From Vicinamibacterales bacterium (GTDB lineage: Bacteria; Acidobacteriota; Vicinamibacteria; Vicinamibacterales; CAVVIG01), in assembly GCA_035534615.1 (NCBI GenBank), contig DATLRO010000004.1:10646-74645 (forward strand): a stretch of 64,000 nucleotides of DNA, read 5' to 3'. Below are positions 19,681-27,478 of the stretch, piece by piece (position 1 is the stretch's first letter; each line of letters opens with the position of its first letter). Made by a program: the position numbers and the translations under genes. The notes under the pieces are model-generated. The model did not search any database. It was not told the origin of the DNA and was given only the letters and a program-made list of their open reading frames with translations.

Positions 19681-22155
19681 TCACGGGAGCGACTGAAGGC
19701 CGGCCGCGGTGACCCCGGTCGGCTCGTCCAGCAGCCGGTCCAGAATCCGCAGCGCGGCCGCTTTGGCGAGCGGTCCGGTCTGTCCGGCAGGGCCGACGCA
19801 GGTCGGGCAGCCGGAGTCGCAGGCGCAGCCGGCGATGAGCGCCCGCGTGCCGGCGAGCAGCTCGCCGTGCATCCGGCACAGCGGCTCGCTGAACCCGATG
19901 CCGCCGGGATAGTTGTCGTAGACGAAGATGCGCGGCTCGGCGCTCACGGCCGGCGACGGCTCCTCGCCGTTCTGATCGATCGAGATGCCGATGTCGTGCC
20001 GGTCGCACATCAGCAGCAGCTGCGCCACCTGGCGGATCGCGAACGCCAGGCCGGTGACGCCGTCGCGCCGGTCGTCGGCCGCGAACGGCAGCGACGCCAT
20101 CAGCGCCGACGGAATCGTGAGCCAGTAGGCGGTGGTGTGCATCTGCTGCTCGGGCAGGTCCAGCTCGCCAGCGCCGACGTTCTCGTTCGTGTAGAACTTG
20201 ATCTTCTTGAAGCCGACGACCCGCGACACGACGTGGACCTCGCCGTGGTGCGCCTGGGCCGCTTCCGGCGGCGCGGCGTCCCCGTCCTCCGGCGTCGCGT
20301 CCGTCCCGCCTTCGTCCCCGCCGGACCGCGCCGGGAACTCGTCCAGCACCGTCACGCGCGAGTACGTGATCGCGTCGGTGTAGTAGTCGCAATCGATTTC
20401 GCGGACGTAGGCCTTCCGCCCCTCGAAATCGAGCTGCTCCACCTGGAAGAGACGGCCCTCCACGAGATAGATCGCTTTCGGATGCAGGGTCGACAGCGCG
20501 CTGGTGAAATCGGTCTCGCCAATCACGCGCGGCTCCTGCGTGGTGTCGACCACGACGAAGTTGTCCGAACTGACGGACCGCAGGCTCACGGCGTCGGCCG
20601 GATACGACTCGCTGGTCCAGTGCCAGCTCCCCCCGGTCTCCGCGGCATCCAGGTCGCCGGCCGGGACGGATCGGTGCACCAGCCCTTCTTCGGCCAGGAT
20701 CGCCAGAATCTCCTGCAGGTCGTGCCGGCCGAACCGGTCGGTCGTCCTGAACGGCAGCTCGAACGCGGCGCACTTGATGTGGTCGACGAGCACGTGCAGG
20801 TTGTCGGGATCGATCAACGCGCGCTCGGGCGACGCGTCGAAGAAGTACGACGGGTGCTGGACGACGAACTGATCGATCGGGGCGCTGCTCGCCACGAGCA
20901 CGGCGGCCGACCGCGCCGCGCGCCGGCCGGCCCGGCCGGCCCGCTGCCACGTGGCGGCAATCGTGCCCGGGTAGCCGGCCAGGACCGCGACGTCGAGCGC
21001 ACCGATGTCGATCCCCAGCTCCAGCGCGCTGGTCGAGACGACCGCGCGGACGGCGCCGTCGCGCAGGCCCTGCTCGATCTCGCGGCGGCGGTTCGGCAGA
21101 TACCCGCCGCGATAGCCGCGCACGGCTCCCTGCCCGCCCGGCTCCTGCGCGAAATCGTCCTTCAGATACGTCGTCAGGATCTCGGTCGCGAGCCGGCTCT
21201 GCGCGAAGACGATCACCTGGAGCTGGCGCCGGACGAACTCGGCGGCCACGCGCCGCGCCTCGCCCAGGTACGACCGGCGGATGCCGAGCTGACGGTTGAC
21301 CACCGGCGGGTTCACGAACACGAACAGCTTCTCGCCCCGCGGCGCCCCGCTCCGGCTCACCAGCTCGAACGTGCGCCCGGTCAGCCGCTCGGCCAGCTCG
21401 CGCGGATTCGCAATCGTCGCCGACGAGCAGATGAAGACCGGGTCGGAGCCGTAATGCTCGCAGATCCGGCGGAGCCGCCGCAGGACGTTGCAGAGATGGC
21501 TGCCGAAGACGCCGCGGTAGGTGTGCAGCTCGTCGAGCACCACGTACCGCAGGTTCTCGAACAGCTTCGCCCATCGGGGATGATGCGGCAGAATGCCCGA
21601 GTGCAGCATGTCGGGATTGCTCAGCACCACGTGCGCGCGCGTGCGGATGGCCCGGCGGGCGTCCTGCGGCGTATCCCCGTCGTAGGTGAACACGCCGACG
21701 TCCGTGCCGCATTCCCCGGCCACCAGGTCCGACAGCGCGTGCAGTTCCGCCAGCTGATCCTGCGCCAGCGCCTTGGTCGGAAAGAGATACAGCGCCCGGC
21801 TCGCCGGATCCTCCAGGATGGCGTTCAGCACCGGCGCGTTGTAACAGAGCGTCTTGCCGGACGCGGTCGGCGTCGTCACGACGACGTGACGGCCGCTGAG
21901 CGCGTGCGCAATCGCCTCGGCCTGGTGGGAATAGAGACTGGCGATGCCCCGGCGCTCGAGGACGCGGCGGAGCCGGCCGTCCAGGGCGTCAGGAAATGCC
22001 GTGAGGGTCGCCTCCGCCGCCGGCAGGCGGCGCACGGCCGTGACATGGCGGTCGGGCGTATCCGGCCGCTCTTCCGGCCGTCCGGGGGCGAGACGCTCCA
22101 GCGCGGCAGCCAGCGCCTGCTCGCGGCGGGACAAAGAACGCGTGCCGCCCTCCAT
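19681..22155 (-). CDS. MrfA/YprA/Hrq1-like DEAD/DEAH-box helicase with C-terminal DUF1998 Cys cluster
   Basis: 824 aa. Motif I TPTASGKT, motif II VVLDELH, motif III SSAT, motif VI QRAGRAGR, and the C-terminal cluster CACDSGCPTC. Confidence 0.85.
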   Translation of the reverse strand: MEGGTRSLSRREQALAAALERLAPGRPEERPDTPDRHVTAVRRLPAAEATLTAFPDALDGRLRRVLERRGIASLYSHQAEAIAHALSGRHVVVTTPTASGKTLCYNAPVLNAILEDPASRALYLFPTKALAQDQLAELHALSDLVAGECGTDVGVFTYDGDTPQDARRAIRTRAHVVLSNPDMLHSGILPHHPRWAKLFENLRYVVLDELHTYRGVFGSHLCNVLRRLRRICEHYGSDPVFICSSATIANPRELAERLTGRTFELVSRSGAPRGEKLFVFVNPPVVNRQLGIRRSYLGEARRVAAEFVRRQLQVIVFAQSRLATEILTTYLKDDFAQEPGGQGAVRGYRGGYLPNRRREIEQGLRDGAVRAVVSTSALELGIDIGALDVAVLAGYPGTIAATWQRAGRAGRRAARSAAVLVASSAPIDQFVVQHPSYFFDASPERALIDPDNLHVLVDHIKCAAFELPFRTTDRFGRHDLQEILAILAEEGLVHRSVPAGDLDAAETGGSWHWTSESYPADAVSLRSVSSDNFVVVDTTQEPRVIGETDFTSALSTLHPKAIYLVEGRLFQVEQLDFEGRKAYVREIDCDYYTDAITYSRVTVLDEFPARSGGDEGGTDATPEDGDAAPPEAAQAHHGEVHVVSRVVGFKKIKFYTNENVGAGELDLPEQQMHTTAYWLTIPSALMASLPFAADDRRDGVTGLAFAIRQVAQLLLMCDRHDIGISIDQNGEEPSPAVSAEPRIFVYDNYPGGIGFSEPLCRMHGELLAGTRALIAGCACDSGCPTCVGPAGQTGPLAKAAALRILDRLLDEPTGVTAAGLQSLP

Positions 22156-22259
22156 GGGGGCCGATCGTATCAGCGCCCAGGGGGACGATCAAGAGGCGAA
22201 AGCGACAGGTGTCGCGGCGCCGCCGGCCGCCGCAGCCCGCGCGCCACGCCGTCGGCGGC

Positions 22260-22288
22260 TTGACGCTCATCGCCCGACCCTCTAGGCT
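22260..22288 (+). promoter_or_regulatory. candidate promoter TTGACG, 17 nt, TAGGCT, only 9 nt before the permease ATG (leaderless-type)
   Basis: TTGACG 22260-22265, TAGGCT 22283-22288, ATG 22298. Confidence 0.4.
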
Positions 22289-22297
22289 AGGGCGTCC

Positions 22298-23677
22298 ATG
22301 CCCCTTTCTGCCCCGGCGCCCGGCGCGATCCCGGAGACCGCGAGCCTGCCGCGCCGGCTCGGACCGTGGAGCGCGGTCGCGCTGGTCGTCGGGATCGTCA
22401 TCGGGTCCGGCATCTTCCGTTCGCCGGCGAGCGTGGCGGCGCTCGTGCCCGATCCGCCGCTGATGCTCGGCATCTGGCTGGCCGGCGGCCTCATCACGCT
22501 GTGCGGCGCGCTGTCGTTTGCTGAGCTGGCGGCTGCCCTGCCGAACACCGGCGGCATCTACGTCTTCATCCGGGAAGCCTGGGGCCCGATGCCGGCGTTC
22601 CTGTTCGGCTGGTCGCAGCTCCTGCTGATTCGCGCGGCCGCGCTGGGCGGGATTGCCATCGTCTTCGGCGACTACCTGCTCCGGTCGGCCGGCATCGACC
22701 CGGGGCTGCACACGTTCGCCGCCCGCGCGGTGTCGGCGGCGGCGATCGCGCTCGCCGCCGCCATCAACATCAGGGGCGTCTCGCTCGGGGCGGCCATCGT
22801 CAACGTGTCGACCGCCGCCAAGTACGCGGCCCTGGCCGCGCTGGTGCTGGCCGCGTTCGTCCTGGGCGGCGCGCACGGCGCCACCCTCGTGCACCTGCAG
22901 CGCTCCGGCGCCGCGGTGCCGCTGGGCAATCTGGGGGTGGCGCTGGTGGCGGCCCTCTGGGCCTACGACGGCTTCGCCGACGTCTCGTTCGCCGGCGGCG
23001 AGATCATCCGGCCGGGACGGAACCTGCCGCGCGCCATCATCGCCGGCACGCTCGCCATCATCGCCATCTACCTGCTGGTCAACATGGCGTACCTCTACGT
23101 CATTCCGATCGGCACGATGGGCCGCTCGCCGCTCGTCGCCGCCGACACGATGGCGGCCCTCTTCGGCCGGGCCGGAGTCGCTCTCGTCTCGGTCTTCGTC
23201 ATGATCTCGACCTTCAGCTCGCTCAACGGCATCACGCTCGCGGCGCCCCGCATCTTCTTCGCGATGGCCGACGACGGGCTGTTCTTCCGGCGGATTGCCG
23301 CCGTCCACCCCCGCTACCGCACGCCGCACGTCGCCATCATGCTGTCGTCGCTGCTCGGCATGGCGCTGGTGCTGAGCCGGAGCTTCGAGGCGATGACCGG
23401 CCTGTTCGTCCTGGCCATCTGGCCGTTCTACGCGCTCAGCGTGGCGGCCGTGTACCGTCTGCGGCGGACGCGGCCGGACCTCGCCCGTCCGTATCGGGTG
23501 ACCGGCTATCCGGTCGTGCCGGCCGTGTTCATCCTCGCCGTGATCTACTTCGTGATCAACGCGCTCATCCAGCAGACGCTGTCGACCAGCCTCACGTTCG
23601 CCGTCATCTTGATCGGCATTCCGGTGTACCTGGTGAGCTTCCGGCGGACGTCCGCCCGCCGGCCGCTCGCCGGCTGA
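22298..23677 (+). CDS. amino acid permease (APC superfamily)
   Basis: 459 aa with about 12 TM segments. N-terminal signature GPWSAVALVVGIVIGSGIFRSP...AELAAALPNTGGIYVFIREAWG. Confidence 0.85.
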   Translation: MPLSAPAPGAIPETASLPRRLGPWSAVALVVGIVIGSGIFRSPASVAALVPDPPLMLGIWLAGGLITLCGALSFAELAAALPNTGGIYVFIREAWGPMPAFLFGWSQLLLIRAAALGGIAIVFGDYLLRSAGIDPGLHTFAARAVSAAAIALAAAINIRGVSLGAAIVNVSTAAKYAALAALVLAAFVLGGAHGATLVHLQRSGAAVPLGNLGVALVAALWAYDGFADVSFAGGEIIRPGRNLPRAIIAGTLAIIAIYLLVNMAYLYVIPIGTMGRSPLVAADTMAALFGRAGVALVSVFVMISTFSSLNGITLAAPRIFFAMADDGLFFRRIAAVHPRYRTPHVAIMLSSLLGMALVLSRSFEAMTGLFVLAIWPFYALSVAAVYRLRRTRPDLARPYRVTGYPVVPAVFILAVIYFVINALIQQTLSTSLTFAVILIGIPVYLVSFRRTSARRPLAG

Positions 23678-23739
23678 CCCGCCGGGCGCGCCGCCGCCGC
23701 TCAACCTGAAGCCGGACGCAATCCGTGCCGATGATCTGA

Positions 23740-23768
23740 TTGACGCGTGCGGGAGGCGCTGCTACGAT
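23740..23768 (+). promoter_or_regulatory. orphan sigma-70-like promoter TTGACG, 17 nt, TACGAT in a convergent intergenic gap
   Basis: TTGACG 23740-23745, 17-nt spacer, TACGAT 23763-23768. No annotated + strand gene lies downstream. Confidence 0.45.
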
Positions 23769-23829
23769 GCGAGCAGGTGTCGTCGCAGCGAAGAGTGGAG
23801 CGTGGAGCGCAGAGAAAGGACCACTGAAG

Positions 23830-24135
23830 ATGAAAGCAGCCGAGCCGCTCGTGCGGCGCCGTGGATTCTTCTTCTCAGCCGATGACGAAGACAACGCCGG
23901 CGAGCAGGAAGGCCCCGAAGGCCTGGCGATCCGGATCCATCTGATCCGCCCCGTGGCCGACCATCAGCTGGGAACCTACCGTCACGGGCTGTCGGGCGGC
24001 CGCCTCTCCGGCAGCCGGCACGCCATCGCGTCCCGCTCCCATCGCACCGCCGCCGACACCGACGCGCGACCGACCGCCGTGCTCAGATCTGCGACCTTGA
24101 CTGGCACCCGTCGACGGTCACGCTCGCCCCGCTGA
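23830..24135 (+). CDS. hypothetical small protein (101 codons); coding status doubtful
   Basis: ATG 23830 is preceded by GAAAGGA (9-nt spacing) and the promoter above. Third-position G+C is high until about 24075, and the ORF then overlaps the SDR 3' end by 53 nt. The product (MKAAEPLVRRRGFFFSADDEDNAGEQEG...) matches no family. An alternative 55-codon minus ORF (24042-23875, ending AFGAFLLAGVVFVIG) occupies the complementary phase. Confidence 0.2.
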   Translation: MKAAEPLVRRRGFFFSADDEDNAGEQEGPEGLAIRIHLIRPVADHQLGTYRHGLSGGRLSGSRHAIASRSHRTAADTDARPTAVLRSATLTGTRRRSRSPR

Positions 24136-24862
24136 TCCAGCTGGCCCGTGGAGAGGCCAGGAATGCGACGACCGCGCCGACTTCCTCGGCGCGGCCGAAC
24201 CGCCCGAACGGCAGTTCCCGCCGGATGAACTCGGCGATCTCTTCCGGATCCTGCTTCAGACGCCGGTCCCAGGACCCGCCCGGAAAGAGGATCGATCCGG
24301 GCGCGACGCTGTTGACCCGGATGCCGTCGCCCGCCAGCTGCCGGGCCAGCGCCTTCGCCAGGCTGATCTCCGCCGCCTTGACGGCGTTGTAGGTCATCCG
24401 GCCGCCCGACTCGCGGCCCCAGATCGACGCGATCATGATGATCGCGCCGCCGCCCCGCCGCCGCATCTCCGGCACGGCCAGCCGGGAGGCCCGGATCGCC
24501 GGGTAGAGCGTCCCGTCGAACGCCTCCTGCCACTCGTCATCGCTCGTGTCCTCGAGGCTGCCGCCGCGCGCCAGCGCCAGGTTGTTCACGAGGACGTCCA
24601 GCCCGCCAAAGGCCCGGACGGTCGCGGCCATCGCGGATTCGACCCCTTCACGCGTCCCCAGATCGGCCCGGACGGCCAGCACATCGTCCGGACGGGCGGC
24701 GAGCCGGCGCAGGGCTTGAGCCGCCTCCTCGAGCGGCTGCGGCGTGCGGGCGCAGATCGCCACCCGGCAGCCCTCGGCCGCCAGGGCGGACGCGCTGGCC
24801 AGACCGAGGCCCCGGCTCGAGCCGGTCACCAGCGCCGCCTTGCCGGTCAGTTCGAGATCCAT
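24083..24862 (-). CDS. short-chain dehydrogenase/reductase (FabG-like)
   Basis: 259 aa. TGSSRGLGLA (TGxxxGxG), NNLA, YNAVKAA (YxxxK). Confidence 0.85.
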   Translation of the reverse strand: MDLELTGKAALVTGSSRGLGLASASALAAEGCRVAICARTPQPLEEAAQALRRLAARPDDVLAVRADLGTREGVESAMAATVRAFGGLDVLVNNLALARGGSLEDTSDDEWQEAFDGTLYPAIRASRLAVPEMRRRGGGAIIMIASIWGRESGGRMTYNAVKAAEISLAKALARQLAGDGIRVNSVAPGSILFPGGSWDRRLKQDPEEIAEFIRRELPFGRFGRAEEVGAVVAFLASPRASWISGASVTVDGCQSRSQI

Positions 24863-24943
24863 ACGGTCGAATTCCCGGGGCGCCGGATCCGCGGGCCCGG
24901 CGTGAACCGCGGCCGGCTCCGCCGCCCCGCCTCGCCGGCCGCC

Positions 24944-25816
24944 TCAGCGGTACCGGCGGTTCATGTCGTTCAGACGCCAGTCGAATTTCTGGAACGTGAC
25001 CCGGAACGTGTTCCGGGCGATGAAGTCCTTCTCGATCGTCAGCAGGTCGGGCCGGATGTAGGCCAGGATCGCCCGTTCGACCGGACTGCGGCTCGCGAAC
25101 AGCGGCAGCGCCTTCCCGGCGTAGCCGGCGATGAACTCCGGCGCGTGCCACGAGAAGATCGACGAGACGCTGATGACGTCGCCGACCTCGTCGATCTGCG
25201 CGCAGCTGGAGCGGCTCAGACACTCCGCCTCGACGTCGTCCAGCTGCTGATCGAGGCGCTTGGAGGCGTACGCTTCGCTGCGCAGCCGTCCCGACCCGAC
25301 GGCGCCGCGGCCGAGGGCGAAGTACACGCGCGGGTCGTGAAACGCCGGCAGGATCTGCTTCTCGATCTGGTCGAGCGTCACCGTGCGTCCGGCGGCGCGG
25401 TGGGTGATCCGGTCGAAGGCCCCCGGGATCTGACGGATGCTGTGCGGTGGATAGAGCGGCGACGTGCCGTGAATCGGATAGTGATTGATCACCGTCTGCA
25501 GGACGAACGCGTTGTACGCGTTCAGCCAGAACGCCAGCTGCTGATCGCGCGTCCAGCCGGCGTAAGCGGCGGCGGTCGCCGACGGCCCGTCGAGCGAGGC
25601 GATGTACCGGTCCAGCGTCGCCCGGTCCTGCTTGACGGCGCCGTAATAGACCAGGCCGTCCCGGACGTATTCGTTCAGCAGCGTATCGAGCGGCTTGTGG
25701 AGCGGATCGACGTAGACGGGGGCGGCGCCGCCCTGCGCGGTGACGGCACGCCCCGTGCCGACGGTGACCGCGGCCGCGAGGAGCACGCACAGCAGTGACG
25801 CGGTTTGACGGCGCAT
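24944..25816 (-). CDS. DUF547 domain-containing secreted protein
   Basis: Track ORF 24944-25978. Start preferred at ATG (complement of 25814-25816, MRRQTASLLCVLLAAAV signal peptide). FWLNAYNAFVLQTVINHYP is the DUF547-type motif, recalled from memory. Confidence 0.7.
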   Translation of the reverse strand: MRRQTASLLCVLLAAAVTVGTGRAVTAQGGAAPVYVDPLHKPLDTLLNEYVRDGLVYYGAVKQDRATLDRYIASLDGPSATAAAYAGWTRDQQLAFWLNAYNAFVLQTVINHYPIHGTSPLYPPHSIRQIPGAFDRITHRAAGRTVTLDQIEKQILPAFHDPRVYFALGRGAVGSGRLRSEAYASKRLDQQLDDVEAECLSRSSCAQIDEVGDVISVSSIFSWHAPEFIAGYAGKALPLFASRSPVERAILAYIRPDLLTIEKDFIARNTFRVTFQKFDWRLNDMNRRYR

Positions 25817-26004
25817 CGAACGACTATAGCCGATTCTGCCGGACCCGCGCGAGCGCGGCCGTGAACCTCCGGGGCCGCTCGAGGCTCGACGGATGACGGC
25901 CGGCGGGGTCGTCGCCTCCCCGGCGGCCGGCCGTCCGGCGCGCGCAAAAAAAGGCGTTCGCCGATCGTCGGCGCGCATATTACAGTAGGAGCCCGATCCG
26001 GACG

Positions 26005-26349
26005 ATGCTGACTCTTGCGACGCTGGGAATGGCCGGATACGGCGCCTATTCGGCGATCTGGGGGCTCGCGGCCCTGCTGCGCGGCACCCACCTCGAGTGG
26101 TGGGCGGACCTCGCGCTGATCCTCTTCGGGCTGCTGCTGATGCTGTCCGCCGCGTTCGTGCGCGTGACGCTGCCCGGTGGATTCGCTTTCGCGCTGGGCG
26201 CCCTGCTCGGCCTGCAGGCGCTCGCCATTCACAACGCCGCCCACCTGACGGGCCGTGTCGATCTGGCGCCCCAGCTCGGCCGTGGCGCGTTTTCGGCGCT
26301 GCTGCTCGCGATGGCCTGGCTCGGCGCCCGCCGGCCCCACACCGAATGA
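26005..26349 (+). CDS. small hypothetical membrane protein (about 4 TM)
   Basis: 114 aa, almost entirely hydrophobic helices, with SD AGGAG upstream. No family recognised. Confidence 0.5.
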   Translation: MLTLATLGMAGYGAYSAIWGLAALLRGTHLEWWADLALILFGLLLMLSAAFVRVTLPGGFAFALGALLGLQALAIHNAAHLTGRVDLAPQLGRGAFSALLLAMAWLGARRPHTE

Positions 26350-26362
26350 CCGGCCCTGGCCG

Positions 26363-27370
26363 TCACTCGATGGTCAGCACGATCTTGCCCGACTGTTCCC
26401 CGCGCTCCATCCGCTGGTGAGCCGCCGGCGCGTCCGCCAGCGCGAACGTGCGGTCGAGGACCGGACGAAGCGCCCGGCGTTCGTAGAGCGCCAGCATGTC
26501 GGCGAAGTCGCGCGCGGTCCCCATCGTGCTGCCGAGCACGTTGAGCTGCTTCCAGAAGATCCGCCGGACTTCGAGCGCCGGCACGGCCCCGCTGGTGGCG
26601 CCGTAGGTCACGATCCGGCCGCCCGGCCTGGCCAGCTCGAGCGCCCGGTTGAACGTCTCGCCGCCGACGCTGTCGATGACGACGTCCGGGCCGCCGCCGG
26701 TGAGCGCCGCCAGCGCCTTGACCCAGTCGCCGCTCCGGTGGTTCACCCCGCCCTGCGCGCCGGACTCGCGGGCGCGGGCCAGCTTCTCGTCGCTGCCGGA
26801 GGTCACGAAGACCCGCGCCCCCAGGCTGCGCGCGATCTGCAGGGCGAAGGACGACACGCCGCCGCCGATGCCCGTGACGACCACCGTCTCGCCGGTCTGC
26901 ACGCGGGCGCGCGTGACGACCGCCCGGTACGCCGTGACGCCGGCCAGCGGCAGCGCGGCCGCCTCCTCGAACGACAGGTGCGCCGGCTTCGCGTGCACGT
27001 TCGCCGCCGGGACCTTCACGCGTTGCGCGTACGTGCCGTCGTCGGGCAGGCCGAGGATCCGGTAGGTGCGTCCCTGCGCCCGCTCGTCCGGCCCCCAGTC
27101 CAGACTGGGATCGATGACGACGGCGCGGCCGACCAGGGCGCCGTCGACCCCGGCCCCGACGGCCGCCACCTCGCCCGCCCCGTCCGAGCCGAGGATGATC
27201 GGCACCTTGATGCCCGCGTACTGGCCGAGCCGGATCCAGACGTCACGGTGATTGAGGGCCGCGGCCTTCAGGCGGACGACGACCTCGCCGGCGCCCGGGA
27301 CCGGGTCGGGGACCTCGTCGAGGCGCAGGTTCGCGGCGGGGCCCAGTTCGCGCAGTACGACGGCTTTCAC
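26363..27370 (-). CDS. zinc-type alcohol dehydrogenase / quinone oxidoreductase (MDR family)
   Basis: Track ORF 26363-27448. Start preferred at GTG (complement of 27368-27370), preceded by GGAGGA. Product VKAVVLRELGP, GSDGAGEVAAVG, VVTGIGGGVSSFALQIA. Confidence 0.85.
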   Translation of the reverse strand: MKAVVLRELGPAANLRLDEVPDPVPGAGEVVVRLKAAALNHRDVWIRLGQYAGIKVPIILGSDGAGEVAAVGAGVDGALVGRAVVIDPSLDWGPDERAQGRTYRILGLPDDGTYAQRVKVPAANVHAKPAHLSFEEAAALPLAGVTAYRAVVTRARVQTGETVVVTGIGGGVSSFALQIARSLGARVFVTSGSDEKLARARESGAQGGVNHRSGDWVKALAALTGGGPDVVIDSVGGETFNRALELARPGGRIVTYGATSGAVPALEVRRIFWKQLNVLGSTMGTARDFADMLALYERRALRPVLDRTFALADAPAAHQRMERGEQSGKIVLTIE

Positions 27371-27390
27371 GGGTCGTCCTCCAGGTCTCC

Positions 27391-27424
27391 CAAATGCAAA
27401 TGGGGCGGCCACGGCCGCCCCATT
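27391..27424 (-). terminator. intrinsic terminator after nrdJ
   Basis: Perfect 12-bp stem AATGGGGCGGCC-AC-GGCCGCCCCATT (27399-27424). On the minus strand it is followed by TTTGCATTTG. Confidence 0.7.
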
Positions 27425-27450
27425 GTCCGTAGCCCGAGCCTTCGGCAACG

Positions 27451-27474
27451 GCGAAGGCCCGGGCGGAGCCCCGA
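27451..27474. repeat. copy C of the dispersed GC-rich repeat (GCGAAGGCCCGGGCGGAGCCCCGA)
   Basis: Shares GCGAAGGC and CGGAGCCCCGA with 1460-1490. It also forms the hairpin GCCTTCG-GCAACGG-CGAAGGC with 27438-27458. Confidence 0.5.
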
Positions 27475-27478
27475 CTCG

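Noticed and set aside
18332-21712. 1126-aa ORF spanning the exonuclease gene and half of the helicase gene.
   Set aside because: Upstream of codon 678 it is an out-of-frame read through the helicase gene (Arg/Gly/Pro-rich). Only the last 449 codons, from ATG 19678, carry DEDD exonuclease motifs.
25940-25960. A7 tract (GCGCGCAAAAAAAGGCG) as a terminator or phase-variable homopolymer.
   Set aside because: The only adjacent stem is 4 bp. No upstream gene reads into it on the strand where it would be a U-tract. It lies in a divergent promoter region, where it is more simply an UP-like A-tract. Seven bases is short for slipped-strand switching.
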